Positions 8,205 to 17,697 of a stretch of 60,397 nt of DNA are shown here, one piece after another (within the stretch, counting starts at the first letter, position 1; every line of letters begins with the position of its first letter). Under the pieces are notes generated by a model. The model was not told the DNA's origin, did no database searches, and saw nothing but the letters and a program-made list of their open reading frames with translations. The translations under genes were made by a program, and so were the position numbers. The stretch comes from a virus (taxonomy: Duplodnaviria; Caudoviricetes): positions 1-60,397 of the IMG/VR virus record IMGVR_UViG_3300038560_000015; one strand, written 5' to 3'.

Positions 8205-8414
8205 ATGAGCAACCAAGCTTTAGCTGCGAGCTTTGAGACCGGCAACCATGATCAGATAGCGCGGTGGAACCATCAGCTTTATATCGGCGAGCCAGCCATC
8301 ATCATCCTCGATGGAAAGCAGATGCGAATAACCGACCTCACTGAGACGCCGGATGGCCGATGGGAAGTGACGTGCGTCGAGTGGTTGCCGGGGAAATATA
8401 GGGGAATTGAATGA
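8205..8414 (+). CDS. Hypothetical 69-aa cassette protein
   Basis: Same leader and terminal sequence as 6878-7087; ends GKYRGIE. Confidence 0.55.
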   Translation: MSNQALAASFETGNHDQIARWNHQLYIGEPAIIILDGKQMRITDLTETPDGRWEVTCVEWLPGKYRGIE

Positions 8415-8592
8415 CGACGCCGGCTAACCCATTGAACAAAAACACGTCGGCGACTTCTATCCGAAGATTACGCCGCAGTTCGGCGAATGCTCGAAACCCG
8501 CGCGAATACGGCACTTCTGATGTCCGCTCACGACGCAAACTGACGGAACGAAGCGCGAAACTCCCCCAATCGCACGGGGAATATACGGGGAC
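8390..8592. other. Probable attP region
   Basis: Downstream of int, bracketed by tandem GGGGA arm-like repeats (8390-8406, 8576-8592); core not identified. Confidence 0.45.
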
Positions 8593-8635
8593 TTCGGACC
8601 CGTTACGTTCCGGCGTGCCTCGAACGGAGAACAAA

Positions 8636-8821
8636 ATGGGTTACTTCATTGTCAGTCGAAATCCGCACGACAATAAGCCGCTCGTCGCCACAGACGAGCA
8701 TGGAGAGATTGCCGAATTCGATACGGAGCAGGCGGCGACAAATGCCGCCAAAGAAATCATGATGTGCAAATGGGGCTTTGAGATCGTCGAAGTACCAGCG
8801 CAATGCTCTCGCACGCCTTAA
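8636..8821 (+). CDS. Hypothetical protein
   Basis: GGAG RBS before MGYFIVSRN. Confidence 0.6.
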   Translation: MGYFIVSRNPHDNKPLVATDEHGEIAEFDTEQAATNAAKEIMMCKWGFEIVEVPAQCSRTP

Positions 8822-8836
8822 CAACAGAAAGAGCTA

Positions 8837-8959
8837 ATGAAAATGAAACTGCGCTGCATCGTCTGCAAGCACACCGAGACGCGCGAAGCGCCGACCGAGC
8901 AGCCTATGTGCCCAAAATGCTACGGGATGATGATATGCGAAAAAGTCTCCTCTCGCTGA
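8837..8959 (+). CDS. 40-aa zinc-ribbon protein
   Basis: MKMKLRCIVC...MCPKCYG; below the ORF-track cut-off. Confidence 0.55.
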   Translation: MKMKLRCIVCKHTETREAPTEQPMCPKCYGMMICEKVSSR

Positions 8960-9183
8960 TCCGTCCGGCCTGCCCATATTGCGACGGCGCTGGCGGCTTC
9001 ATGGATGGCTACTACGAGCCGGAATGGTCGGGCTGTCGGTGTTGCGATCCGAACGAGGAACGAATGGATGAGCCAGTCACGCGGGTATGGCGCTGGCATT
9101 GGTGGGCGTTTCGGTTCGGGGAATGGCGGGAGAACCGCCGTCTCGATAAGTGGATTGACCAGCAACCGGAAGTGCGGCCTTAA
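8935..9183 (+). CDS. Cys/Trp-rich hypothetical protein
   Basis: CPYCDGAGG...CRCC. Confidence 0.55.
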   Translation: MRKSLLSLIRPACPYCDGAGGFMDGYYEPEWSGCRCCDPNEERMDEPVTRVWRWHWWAFRFGEWRENRRLDKWIDQQPEVRP

Positions 9184-9528
9184 CGCGGCGCACGCAACGA
9201 ACAACAGGAAAGAGTTATGACTGAACCAACGACCTGCGCGCATACGAACTTCAAATCTCTCGTCCGTGTCGGCCGACTTACTGAGGGCGGCGATGGCCCG
9301 GTGACCGGATACTCCGCTGACGTTCGGATTGAATGCACCGATTGCGGCTTGGCGTTTCGGTTCCGGGGCAAAGACTATGGCTCAAGTCCAGACCGGCCGA
9401 TGCTATCTGCGGACGGCTTGGAATTGCGTGCACCGATTGAGCCGGCGCACGTCGCGGAGATTCTCGGGATGCCGTTGGTTGCTGGAAATGCGTGATTGGT
9501 CTTAACGCGGCGCACGCAACGAACAACA
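9179..9528 (+). repeat. 28-bp perfect direct repeats flanking gene 9217-9495
   Basis: CTTAACGCGGCGCACGCAACGAACAACA at 9179-9206 and 9501-9528. Confidence 0.92.
9217..9495 (+). CDS. Hypothetical zinc-binding protein
   Basis: CAH...IECTDCGLAFRF. Confidence 0.7.
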   Translation: MTEPTTCAHTNFKSLVRVGRLTEGGDGPVTGYSADVRIECTDCGLAFRFRGKDYGSSPDRPMLSADGLELRAPIEPAHVAEILGMPLVAGNA

Positions 9529-9541
9529 ACAGGGCCGAGAC

Positions 9542-9847
9542 ATGACCAATAGCGAACGTGGAACGGGGCGCACCAAAGCGCAGATGCTTGATGCTCCGCA
9601 CAAAGCTATCTTTGTGTGGTGCAACGGCCAGCTCCACTATCCGCGCGTCCTCGCTAGACATCTCGGGCGGACCGATCTTGAAATAGTCAGTCCGGAGCAG
9701 ATCGAGCATTGGCAAAATTTTATGGGACGCGAGTTGACTGGCGTCGTCGTAGATCACGCGACGCATTTCCACGGTCGGCAGTTTGAAGGCATCCAGCACA
9801 TTCTGGATCGCGTTCGTGACCCGGCACTGACGCGGCGGGAGGGTTAA
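9542..9847 (+). CDS. Hypothetical protein with degenerate P-loop
   Basis: RGTGRT...VVVDHA. Confidence 0.65.
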   Translation: MTNSERGTGRTKAQMLDAPHKAIFVWCNGQLHYPRVLARHLGRTDLEIVSPEQIEHWQNFMGRELTGVVVDHATHFHGRQFEGIQHILDRVRDPALTRREG

Positions 9848-10225
9848 ATGACCAAAATGAGCAATGCCGAAAGAGAGGCCATCGCCGCTATAGCGGAATC
9901 GCTGATGGTCATTCCGTCGATCAGCCTCGATACCGCGAGGCGCGCTTTAGAGGTCCACGAACGCCACGCCTGCTCCAATGTCGGTGCCGCGGGGACTGAT
10001 AACGATATTCGTTTCCTTGCTCTCGCCATGGCTGGTGAAGCCGGCGAGGCGGCAAACGTCGTCAAGAAATCTTGGCGTGATGGAAAGCCAGTTGATCGAG
10101 CCAAGTTGGCCGAGGAAATAGCCGGAACGGCTTGTTACCTTATCGGTCTTGCGGCGGCGATCAAGCTCAACCTCGACGGCGAAATGCGCGAACAGATGGC
10201 GGCATTTGAAGCCCGCTATCGCTAA
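9848..10225 (+). CDS. MazG-like nucleotide pyrophosphohydrolase
   Basis: LAMAGEAGEAANVVKK...LAEEIAG. Confidence 0.7.
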   Translation: MTKMSNAEREAIAAIAESLMVIPSISLDTARRALEVHERHACSNVGAAGTDNDIRFLALAMAGEAGEAANVVKKSWRDGKPVDRAKLAEEIAGTACYLIGLAAAIKLNLDGEMREQMAAFEARYR

Positions 10226-10255
10226 TGGGGAGTCCGCAGACGCGGCGATAGGCTC

Positions 10256-10468
10256 ATGAAAACGATTGCGAAAGCGCACTTTGAAATGTCTGGCGCAGAC
10301 CTCAAGGCCGCCTATCGAGAATTGAAGGCGCGCGAGGTGGCTGAGATCGAGCGGCTGATCGACGCCGCCATGGCTGTTCTTCATCACGATAGGTCGGAGG
10401 GTACCGAAGTTGACATTTACGAACGCAATCAACTGCGCGAGCGGTTCGCCGAAATACTGCGTCGATGA
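10256..10468 (+). CDS. Hypothetical protein
   Basis: ORF in a co-oriented array. Confidence 0.5.
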   Translation: MKTIAKAHFEMSGADLKAAYRELKAREVAEIERLIDAAMAVLHHDRSEGTEVDIYERNQLRERFAEILRR

Positions 10469-10484
10469 CATTTATGGGGAGCAA

Positions 10485-10889
10485 ATGATGCCACAGCGAA
10501 TCCAGCGCCAGCGTGCGAAATGATGGCGAATGCCGCCGGGCGCAATCTACGTAGGGCGCGGCTCGCTATGGGGTAATCCCTTTGTAATTGGTAAACCGAG
10601 TGGGCTATTCTTCGAAGGTGAAGGTGGTGCGCGTAAGGCCGAAATCCTCATACCGGAATTGTCGCTCGATCAAGCTATCGAGTTTTACCGCGAATTGATC
10701 TCTGGAATTTTGCGTCCGGAAATGTATCCCGCCGGTCACGCTTGGCGCAATAAGTTTGATCGGCGTGTGTGTGCCAATCCAGAGGAAGTGGCGAGCGTAG
10801 TACTCGGCGGCCATGATCTAGCTTGTTGGTGCGCACTCGATCAACGCTGCCACGCTGACGTACTTCTAGAAATCGCGAACCGCCGTTGA
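10485..10889 (+). pseudogene. DUF4326-family gene with in-frame TGA at 10521-10523
   Basis: MMPQRIQRQRAK*WRMPPGAIYVGRGSLWGNPF...LACWC...CHADVLL; the family normally reads KGWRMP. Confidence 0.75.
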
Positions 10890-11071
10890 CGTGTCGTAGG
10901 GGTTAAATATGAATCTCGCGGAAGCCGTAGCCAACCGGCCGACACCACCCCGGACTATAACGGGATTAAGTTGCCCGCTCTGGTCACTGGAAACCGCCGT
11001 TATCGGGAAAAAAGAAACGGCGTTGTCAGGTAGCGCCTGGCCCGCGAGGCCACTTTTCAGTAGAGAGAGCT

Positions 11072-11299
11072 ATGCCCACAAAACGTAAAAGACAGATAGC
11101 GCCGCTTCCCTGGAAGGTTGATCGCGAATCTGCGGGCAAGCAATGGACTGATAGCTGTTCCATTCTTGATGCCGAGGGCGGCCACGTTTGTCATCTAACG
11201 AGGGGCTACCAGGGCGACGCTGAGGGAGACGGTTGCCCATCCTGGGACAATGCCGAAATGATCGTGGCCGCTGTCAACGCCCATAACGGATCGAGCTAA
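11072..11299 (+). CDS. Hypothetical protein
   Basis: PLPW...NAEMIVAAVN, a common phage small-protein pattern. Confidence 0.65.
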   Translation: MPTKRKRQIAPLPWKVDRESAGKQWTDSCSILDAEGGHVCHLTRGYQGDAEGDGCPSWDNAEMIVAAVNAHNGSS

Positions 11300-11346
11300 C
11301 ATCACAATAGTCGCACGCCGCCCGTTTCCGCCCTATATAAGAGGCC

Positions 11347-11604
11347 ATGGCGCCTAAGCGAGCGAACTGGCAGCAACCGCTGCCGCGGACCCTTGTCATT
11401 CCCGGAATCATGAAACTCAAGACGCTCGCCGACGTGTGCGAGCTGTTCCGGCTTATTCCCGACGATCGCCGCGCGCGTGATACTTGGCAGGCGGTCGCGC
11501 GGACCGCGGCAGAAGCCGCCCTCGGCGCCATCGGCACCGAACACGTCGAGGCGGCGCTATGGCTGATCTTCCAGCTCGAGGGCGGCGAATGCCGGCCGGA
11601 ATAG
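11347..11604 (+). CDS. Hypothetical protein
   Basis: GAGG RBS; LKTLADV motif. Confidence 0.65.
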   Translation: MAPKRANWQQPLPRTLVIPGIMKLKTLADVCELFRLIPDDRRARDTWQAVARTAAEAALGAIGTEHVEAALWLIFQLEGGECRPE

Positions 11605-11825
11605 GCGCCGAAGAAACCGATGATCCGGTCTATGCCAATGTGCGCAATTTCTACAAGGTCGAGCAATGGACCGATGACGATCAGCATATTAAACGGCTGC
11701 TATGGGCCGGCAACAACATCCAAAAAGCGCGATCGATTTTCGATGCCGAGATAAAGCGCGAGCCGCGCGGCCGCTATACGATCCGGCAGCGGGCGCGCGT
11801 GTTGGCGCGGCATCCGGACAAATAA
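11589..11825 (+). CDS. Hypothetical protein
   Basis: ETDDPVYANVRNFYKVEQW...YTIRQRARVL. Confidence 0.65.
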   Translation: MPAGIGAEETDDPVYANVRNFYKVEQWTDDDQHIKRLLWAGNNIQKARSIFDAEIKREPRGRYTIRQRARVLARHPDK

Positions 11826-11857
11826 AAAGCCCCTGCAAGCTTGCGCCGGCCGGGGCA
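11821..11857 (-). terminator. Putative intrinsic terminator of the late operon
   Basis: GCCCC...GGGGC stem followed by TTTTTATT between convergent genes. Confidence 0.45.
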
Positions 11858-11945
11858 AGTCTGGGGAGGAAACACCAACAGGATGTTGGCAGTCACCGTC
11901 CGGCGAAGATGGTGTCAACTCCGGACAGCTTCTCGTTGGCGGTGA

Positions 11946-12431
11946 TCAGCCGCCGAATTTCATGCCGAGGAAATGTCCGACCATCCAGGTCATGCCGGCC
12001 TCGAGCAGGCGACCGACAATCCACAGCGTGAGGAGACCTAGCCCGGCGAGCGCCACCAATCGGTTGCGCGACATTTGCGCCGACACGTCAGAAGCCGCCG
12101 CCCGGGCATCGCGTATTTCGAGCTTCTTGGCTTCGGCCGCCTGAATCCGCGAGACCGCGGCGGCATGATCGCGAAGTTCTGACGTCAGGCCGTCGAGCGC
12201 GCGTTCTATGCCTTCATAGCGTTTGGACGCTGTGTCTTTTAATTCCGAGATCGCCTTTTGGGTGCTCTGGCGAAACTCGCCCATCGATAGTTGGTTGGCT
12301 TCATGGTGATGGCGCTGAGTTACGCGATCTTCGTCGGCACGCTTGAAGAGCGTAACGAGCGACGACTGAATCCGCCCGATGTCCTGACTTACTTGGCGTT
12401 CAAATCGTCGCGCCTCGTCATCGCTCGTCAT
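11946..12431 (-). CDS. Coiled-coil protein with C-terminal transmembrane helix (lysis-module accessory)
   Basis: MTSDDEARR...LVALAGLGLLTLWIVG. Confidence 0.65.
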   Translation of the reverse strand: MTSDDEARRFERQVSQDIGRIQSSLVTLFKRADEDRVTQRHHHEANQLSMGEFRQSTQKAISELKDTASKRYEGIERALDGLTSELRDHAAAVSRIQAAEAKKLEIRDARAAASDVSAQMSRNRLVALAGLGLLTLWIVGRLLEAGMTWMVGHFLGMKFGG

Positions 12432-12433
12432 AT

Positions 12434-12925
12434 TCAGCCCTGAATTGCCATTCGACCTGATAGCCAGAACAACACATCGCGCGGCGACGTGGCGTGCGGC
12501 GCCGCAGCGAGCGGAAAGACAAACTCGCCGCCGGCCTTGAGTGCCAACGTCACGAAGGCCGAACAGATCAGGTGCCGCGTTTCGTGCAGCGCCAATGGCA
12601 ACAGATAATCGACTATTGCTTCCCAATCGTAGGGCTCGCCGATCTTGGAGCGGGCAAACTTTTCGGCCGCCGCTTCGTCGGGCAACGCCACGTCGACGAA
12701 CAACTCGTGCAGCATCGTCGCCTTGTCGTAACCAGCCGGCCGGATCTGGACGCCAGGCGCAGCGCCGCCTTCGCGGTCGTCGAGCGCACCGAGATAGCCG
12801 AGGGAGCCATCCGGGTTTTGCACGACGATCTCGACATGCGAGGGAACGAACGGAGCGACCTCGCCTTCGCGATCGCAAATCAGACCGGAGGCGAGGTCGG
12901 AGTGCCTGACGAAGCGTATGCGCAC
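12434..12925 (-). CDS. Permuted papain-like amidase (YaeF/YiiX type)
   Basis: SHVE...IGEPYDW...ICSAFV, with His before Cys. Confidence 0.75.
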   Translation of the reverse strand: MRIRFVRHSDLASGLICDREGEVAPFVPSHVEIVVQNPDGSLGYLGALDDREGGAAPGVQIRPAGYDKATMLHELFVDVALPDEAAAEKFARSKIGEPYDWEAIVDYLLPLALHETRHLICSAFVTLALKAGGEFVFPLAAAPHATSPRDVLFWLSGRMAIQG

Positions 12926-12933
12926 GGCGAGGT

Positions 12934-13470
12934 TTAGCCTTCGTTCGGCGTCGCCGCCGAGACGGCCTGCGTCGCGGTCGGCGATGCCGCGGTGAGCTGG
13001 GCAATGGCCGCCGACGCCTGGGCCGCGAGGCCCGAAAGCGTCTGCACGGAATTGATCGCCGTCACCGCGGTCGAAACCACTTGCGGATCGCCGGCGGTCG
13101 AGCCGGACGACAGCGACTGCGACAAAGCCGCCGTATCGTTTGCCGCCGTAGTCAGGTCGCTGACGACCTTCGCGACGTCGGCGTTGTTCGGTGCGATGAC
13201 CGCCGCCGCAGTGCCCACCGCGCTGATCGTCGAGTTGATGATGGTCAAATGCGCAGCGACGTAAGCGGCGGCAGCCTCGATATCGGAAACCAGGATCGCG
13301 GCGCCGCTCGCCACCTTGGACAAGAACGTCGCGACGTTGGCTTCGGCTTGCTTGAAGAAGCTGACGGCATTCTGCCAATCGGCCGAGAGCGTGGCTTCGA
13401 TCTGGGTGAAGATTGTGCTGGTGCTGGTTGTCGCCGCCGGGGCAGTCGTGGTCGTGTCGGTTGAGGTCAT
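12934..13470 (-). CDS. Ala/Thr-rich hypothetical protein
   Basis: 178-aa ORF with phage-like codon use. Confidence 0.7.
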   Translation of the reverse strand: MTSTDTTTTAPAATTSTSTIFTQIEATLSADWQNAVSFFKQAEANVATFLSKVASGAAILVSDIEAAAAYVAAHLTIINSTISAVGTAAAVIAPNNADVAKVVSDLTTAANDTAALSQSLSSGSTAGDPQVVSTAVTAINSVQTLSGLAAQASAAIAQLTAASPTATQAVSAATPNEG

Positions 13471-13476
13471 AACGCT

Positions 13477-13812
13477 TTAGTCTCCTGGTTTGAGGTCTGG
13501 GTTGGAAATTTCCGTCACGCTGCCATCAGCGGCATAGCCGGGAATCGTCAGAGGCGCGCCTTCGTTGAAATGCTTAAATAACGCGTCCGCTGCGCCCTTT
13601 TTGTCCGCGCCCTTCTCCACAGCGGTGAGAAAGGTCTTGATCGCCGGATGCAGCGCCTTGATGGCGGCGACAATCTGCGGCTCGGCGGTCAGCGCTTGCG
13701 CGGCGATCGTCACCCATTGCGCCACGGTCACTGAGCTTAATGCCGCGGCGACGGTATCGCCGGCGACGGCGTCCTGAATGAGCGGAAGCAAAGCGACCAG
13801 AAGTGCGCCCAT
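13477..13812 (-). CDS. Hypothetical protein with hydrophobic N-terminus
   Basis: MGALLVALLPLI. Confidence 0.6.
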   Translation of the reverse strand: MGALLVALLPLIQDAVAGDTVAAALSSVTVAQWVTIAAQALTAEPQIVAAIKALHPAIKTFLTAVEKGADKKGAADALFKHFNEGAPLTIPGYAADGSVTEISNPDLKPGD

Positions 13813-14056
13813 GATCAGAACACCTTGTTCAAGAGGAAAGCGATCCAGCCGACGACGTCGACGAAGGTCAGCAGCAAAAAACCGGCGGCCCAATAGCTGT
13901 GATTGGCTTGCTCACAGCGCGACGACGATCGTGTAGCCAGTGAGGAAATTCATGCGAAGCTGTCGGTCGGTCCGACGTTTGACGGCGGCTGTTTCGGGAC
14001 GCGGCGCTTTTTGACGACGCGCTTGCGGGCGGCCTTGCGCTTGGCTTTACGTTTCT

Positions 14057-14392
14057 TCATGGGGCTGCCCCACAATTGGCGTCGTGCCAGCCGTCGGCCT
14101 TTAACAGAGGCGCGCTACATAGGATGGCGGTTTGCCGTCGCGTCGCATTTTGCATGGCCGCCAGGTCTCTTCGGCGGAAGGCATCAAGCCATTCGTCCGC
14201 GATCTTGTTGAACTCGCCAAAGGCGTCCATTTGCTCGTCAAAAGCTTTCCGATCGAAGTCGCCTGCCGTCGGCGCTGGAGGCGCTACAGACCGCATATTC
14301 GAGATAACTAACGGCATCGCGACAAGCACAACAAATTCTGCGCCCAGGGCGATCACGCCCGTCAAGAGAAGCAGCTTGCGCAGCATCGTCAT
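14057..14392 (-). CDS. Membrane-anchored hypothetical protein
   Basis: N-terminal TM segment; ATGA coupling. Confidence 0.55.
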   Translation of the reverse strand: MTMLRKLLLLTGVIALGAEFVVLVAMPLVISNMRSVAPPAPTAGDFDRKAFDEQMDAFGEFNKIADEWLDAFRRRDLAAMQNATRRQTAILCSAPLLKADGWHDANCGAAP

Positions 14393-14895
14393 CGCGGCAC
14401 CGCCGCGATCACCCTCGCCCGTACCCGCGGATCGGCGGCATAGCCGATATGGCCGTAGCTCGAGGGAATGTGCACGTTCTTCGCCCCGCGCATTTCGAAG
14501 CCTTGGCCCCAGAAGCAGATGCAGTCGACGCCCGGGCCGCAGCTCGCGCCCGTGAACAGCGGATCGATGCCGATCACCTTGACGCTATAGCCGCGGCGCT
14601 TGAGATCGGTGCCGACGTCGCCAGCAGCCTTGGCGCCCATCGAGTGGCCGATCAGCACAATGCGGTCATGCGGATGGCCGAGCGCGTCGCGCTCGAAGGC
14701 CGCGGCATCGCTCCAATCGCCGACACCGATGGTGCGGCCGCGGCCGTGAAGCCGGGCGCCGATCTGATCCATGGCGTCGGACAGCAGCAAGCCGCCGAGC
14801 CCGCGCATCAGATAGATGCGCGTTGCCGCATGCGCGGACGCGGTCATGCCGGCGGCAATGAGCATCGCCGCCGCGCTGGCGCGAAGCGTTTTCAT
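14389..14895 (-). CDS. Secreted alpha/beta-hydrolase-fold protein
   Basis: Signal peptide ending AHA; GHSMG nucleophile elbow; IDP; GH. Confidence 0.75.
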   Translation of the reverse strand: MKTLRASAAAMLIAAGMTASAHAATRIYLMRGLGGLLLSDAMDQIGARLHGRGRTIGVGDWSDAAAFERDALGHPHDRIVLIGHSMGAKAAGDVGTDLKRRGYSVKVIGIDPLFTGASCGPGVDCICFWGQGFEMRGAKNVHIPSSYGHIGYAADPRVRARVIAAVPR

Positions 14896-15002
14896 TTCTG
14901 CCAGGCACAATGTTCGTGCGCCGTTGCCTGGCACGCCAGATCGACGATGGCGCAGCCAGACAGCGACAGGCACAGGATCGCGAGCGCGAAGATGCGTTTC
15001 AT
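14892..15002 (-). CDS. 36-aa lipoprotein
   Basis: MKRIFALAILCLSLSGC lipobox; stop overlaps the next ATG. Confidence 0.6.
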   Translation of the reverse strand: MKRIFALAILCLSLSGCAIVDLACQATAHEHCAWQK

Positions 15003-15088
15003 GGCGAGTTGTCCTGTGGAAAGGTGCCGGGGCTTTTCGTGAGCCGCCCGGCGCGGCTCAAATCGGCGCTGTGGTGCGCCGTGTGTTC

Positions 15089-15455
15089 TTAGCGCGCCGT
15101 CGGGTTGGGCACGTCCTTGATCGGGACGACCTTATCGCTCGGCACCGCATTCGCCGTTGCCGCCGTGGTCACAACGACCTGCTTGACCTCGGCGTTCTTG
15201 GCCACGGCCAGAAGCTTGCGACAGCGGGCTCGACGACCATGCGGCATAGAGACCGGCGGCGACGCTAACGATGGTGGCAATGCCGCCGGCGATCGAGGTG
15301 ACGCCGTTGGCGATGTTGCTGACGGCCGTGGTCAGCGAGCTCGCGTCCTGACCGTTGACGACGTGCACGGCCGCGGCCATCGTGATGGCGCCCATGGCGT
15401 AACTGACGACATGGCGGCCAAAGGCGGACGCCTGCCCAAGCGTTGGCATCTTCAT
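15089..15455 (-). pseudogene. Holin-like membrane protein with a one-base frameshift near 15217
   Basis: Hydrophobic helices (GRHVVSYAMGA...GLYAAWS) continue as LLAVAKNAEVKQVVV in the next frame. Confidence 0.6.
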
Positions 15456-15699
15456 TTCCAGTCTCCCTCTGTGATGAATCAGATCAGCCACGCGAGCGCG
15501 AGCGCTATGGCGGCGATGGCCACGGTCATTGCGAGCCCGATCAGCATGTTGTGTCTCTGCCGCGCGTCCCATTCGGCGGCGGCGTCATCGCAGGCGCATG
15601 GCGTATCCGCGCCCATGCGCAGAAAGTCCGGATGGTCGAGATACCACCAGCACGGACTGCGCCACGCGGGCGATTTGCAGTAGCGGCAGGCGCGGCCGG

Positions 15700-16083
15700 T
15701 CATTCAGCGTCCAGGACCGCAGCAAATAAATCGTCGGCCGCGACCATGACGATGATTTCATAGATAAGATCGTCGACCTTGAGCTTCCGCGCGGCCGCGG
15801 CGGCTTCAAGCGTGGCCCTGGTTTTCGGCGGAAAGGTCGGCTTTGATTTCGGTAGGGCTCCGTCCATCAGTCTTTGATATCGCTTACGGAGATCGTCCAG
15901 TTCGTTGCACAGGACTTTGATGCGGCTCGCGTCGGCGCTGGTCTCGCCATTGATGCCTAGCTCGACAATATCGGCAACGATCTCGACCGGCTCGCGCTTG
16001 CGTTCGCTCGCGAGTTTGAGCAGCCGTTCGGCGAGCGGGCCGCGAAAGGTCGTGATCGTCTCGATTTCCAAAGTCTCAGCCAT
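15700..16083 (-). CDS. Hypothetical protein with two ribbon-helix-helix-like segments
   Basis: LAERLLKLASERKREPVEIVADIV and ATLEAAAAARKLKVDDLIYEII. Confidence 0.5.
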   Translation of the reverse strand: MAETLEIETITTFRGPLAERLLKLASERKREPVEIVADIVELGINGETSADASRIKVLCNELDDLRKRYQRLMDGALPKSKPTFPPKTRATLEAAAAARKLKVDDLIYEIIVMVAADDLFAAVLDAE

Positions 16084-16853
16084 CATAAAAACCAATGCGC
16101 GACCTTGGCCCAGAAGCCTTCGCTGATGCCGGGGTCGACGTGGCCGCCGAGATCAGCTTCGGGAGGCTGAACCGCTTGTGCGATGATCTCGCCGCGCCAC
16201 ACCTTGGCGAGCTGATCGCGCGTGCCGTTGAACAGCGACAGGTCGGCGCTGGCCTGCAGGCCGTCGAGCGTGTGCGGCTGGTTGCCGACGCCGTCGCCGG
16301 TGAACTGCCAGAGGAACGGTGCCGGCCATGGCAGCGGCTTGCCGTTGGCGTCGACCATCTTGCATTCCGGACCATATTCCGGAATCCACGGCGCGTGATC
16401 GGCGAGGAAGTCCCGCTGCGCATCCGTCGCGCCGACGATGAGCGACTTGATCCAGTCGCCGCTATAGAGCGTGGTGGCGCGCCCGAAGGCCTGGTCGACG
16501 CGATCGAGGAATTCGATCGCGCCGGAAAGCGTCATCTGCGCGCCTTCGGGATTGCGTTCGAAGTCGAGCGCGCGCAGCAAATTCGGAATATCCGGCGACG
16601 TCGCCTTGATGAAGCGCGCGGCCTGGATCGCGGCGGTCTCGCCGGTATTGAAGGCATAGGCGCCGGGCAGCAATCCCGCAGCGATGATCTGCGGCAGCCG
16701 CGTTCCGTAGGCGACGTCGACCGCGCCGTTCGATCGCGTGGCGCGATGAATGACGCCGGCGCATTTGATGCCGTTGTAGCTCGCCGCCGCCAGCTTCTTG
16801 AAATCGACGGTATTGAGCGAGCCCAGATCGGCGACATAACAAAGATCGGTCAT
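16083..16853 (-). CDS. Endolysin, glycoside hydrolase family 25
   Basis: GVIHRAT, GAYAF, ALDFE (DxE), LYSG, LWQFTG, DLS. Confidence 0.88.
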   Translation of the reverse strand: MTDLCYVADLGSLNTVDFKKLAAASYNGIKCAGVIHRATRSNGAVDVAYGTRLPQIIAAGLLPGAYAFNTGETAAIQAARFIKATSPDIPNLLRALDFERNPEGAQMTLSGAIEFLDRVDQAFGRATTLYSGDWIKSLIVGATDAQRDFLADHAPWIPEYGPECKMVDANGKPLPWPAPFLWQFTGDGVGNQPHTLDGLQASADLSLFNGTRDQLAKVWRGEIIAQAVQPPEADLGGHVDPGISEGFWAKVAHWFL

Positions 16854-17040
16854 GAATAACTCCCGAAGGGAAACGGGAAATCGTTGTCGGGCAGGAACAC
16901 GCTCGGCAGACGGCCGGCGTGACGCTCGATCGGTACCGTCGGCAGAATGATAATGACGGCGTCGGACGGATCGCGCGGCGACACGGCGTCGGCATCGCGG
17001 CTCTTGCGTTCATAATCGGAGAAGCGGACGACGTTTTCGC

Positions 17041-17241
17041 TCATGCGCGATTCGCCCTCCACAATTTCTCGCGCTGTTCCTTGGTCGACGTCACGATCAG
17101 ATGATGATCGGCTTCATTGAGCACGGCCGTCATGCCGTAATCGCGGAGGATGCGCATCAATGCCGTGAGCAGTTCGGTTCGGCCGCCGCCGGCATCGCCG
17201 CGCGCCTTGAGCTTGAAGGTTTTGATGTCCTTCGCGGTCAT
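17041..17241 (-). CDS. Hypothetical protein
   Basis: Coupled small ORF. Confidence 0.45.
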   Translation of the reverse strand: MTAKDIKTFKLKARGDAGGGRTELLTALMRILRDYGMTAVLNEADHHLIVTSTKEQREKLWRANRA

Positions 17242-17265
17242 AGGCGCGCGGCGCGGCAGTCGCGA

Positions 17266-17499
17266 TTAGCTGTTCGGCGCTTCGACGATGTCGAAGTAAT
17301 AGTATTTGCCGATGACGAGCTGGTCGGCCGCCTTCGGATTGTCAATCTGGAATTCCGCCATGCCGCTCGGCGTAGCTTTCTGGAACGAGCGATCTTCCTC
17401 GCAAAGCTTGCTGTCATAGATGCAGCTAAACAATGCCTTCGCGCCGCCCCAGCTTTGGGCGAACACGTTCTCAAGTCTCATCTTGCAACGAATGGCCAT
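17266..17499 (-). CDS. Conserved hypothetical phage protein
   Basis: GGGAG RBS; F.KATPSG..E..IDNP.A...GK.YY.D motif. Confidence 0.7.
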   Translation of the reverse strand: MAIRCKMRLENVFAQSWGGAKALFSCIYDSKLCEEDRSFQKATPSGMAEFQIDNPKAADQLVIGKYYYFDIVEAPNS

Positions 17500-17697
17500 G
17501 ACACGGCTCCCTTTGTTTGAGTGACAAACACGCCAACTACGCGGACGCTTACTGATGCTTTTTGGCGATGGCTTCGAGCGAATCTGCGATCCGATGGAGA
17601 TCGCCAAGAACGGTGCCCGCGATCTCCGCAGCGATCTCGATCACCGCGTTTTCATCCTCGGCCTTGATGGCCGCAAACAGCTTCTTGATCTGTTCGT

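Noticed and set aside
6818-8414. Diversity-generating retroelement template/variable repeats
   Set aside because: No reverse transcriptase found, and the repeats are short gene-boundary sequences with too few mismatches to show adenine-specific variation
8420-8640. tRNA-derived att core and LexA box
   Set aside because: No tRNA-like segment recognised; GAAC-N7-GAAA near 8547 is only a partial match
10521-10523. Alternative genetic code (TGA = Gly)
   Set aside because: TGA ends many genes here in ATGA overlaps, and large genes have no internal TGA
8800-11310. Canonical integron
   Set aside because: TAAC and GTTAAAT occur at some boundaries, but I see no attC-length hairpins; the integrase is phage-type and co-oriented with the array
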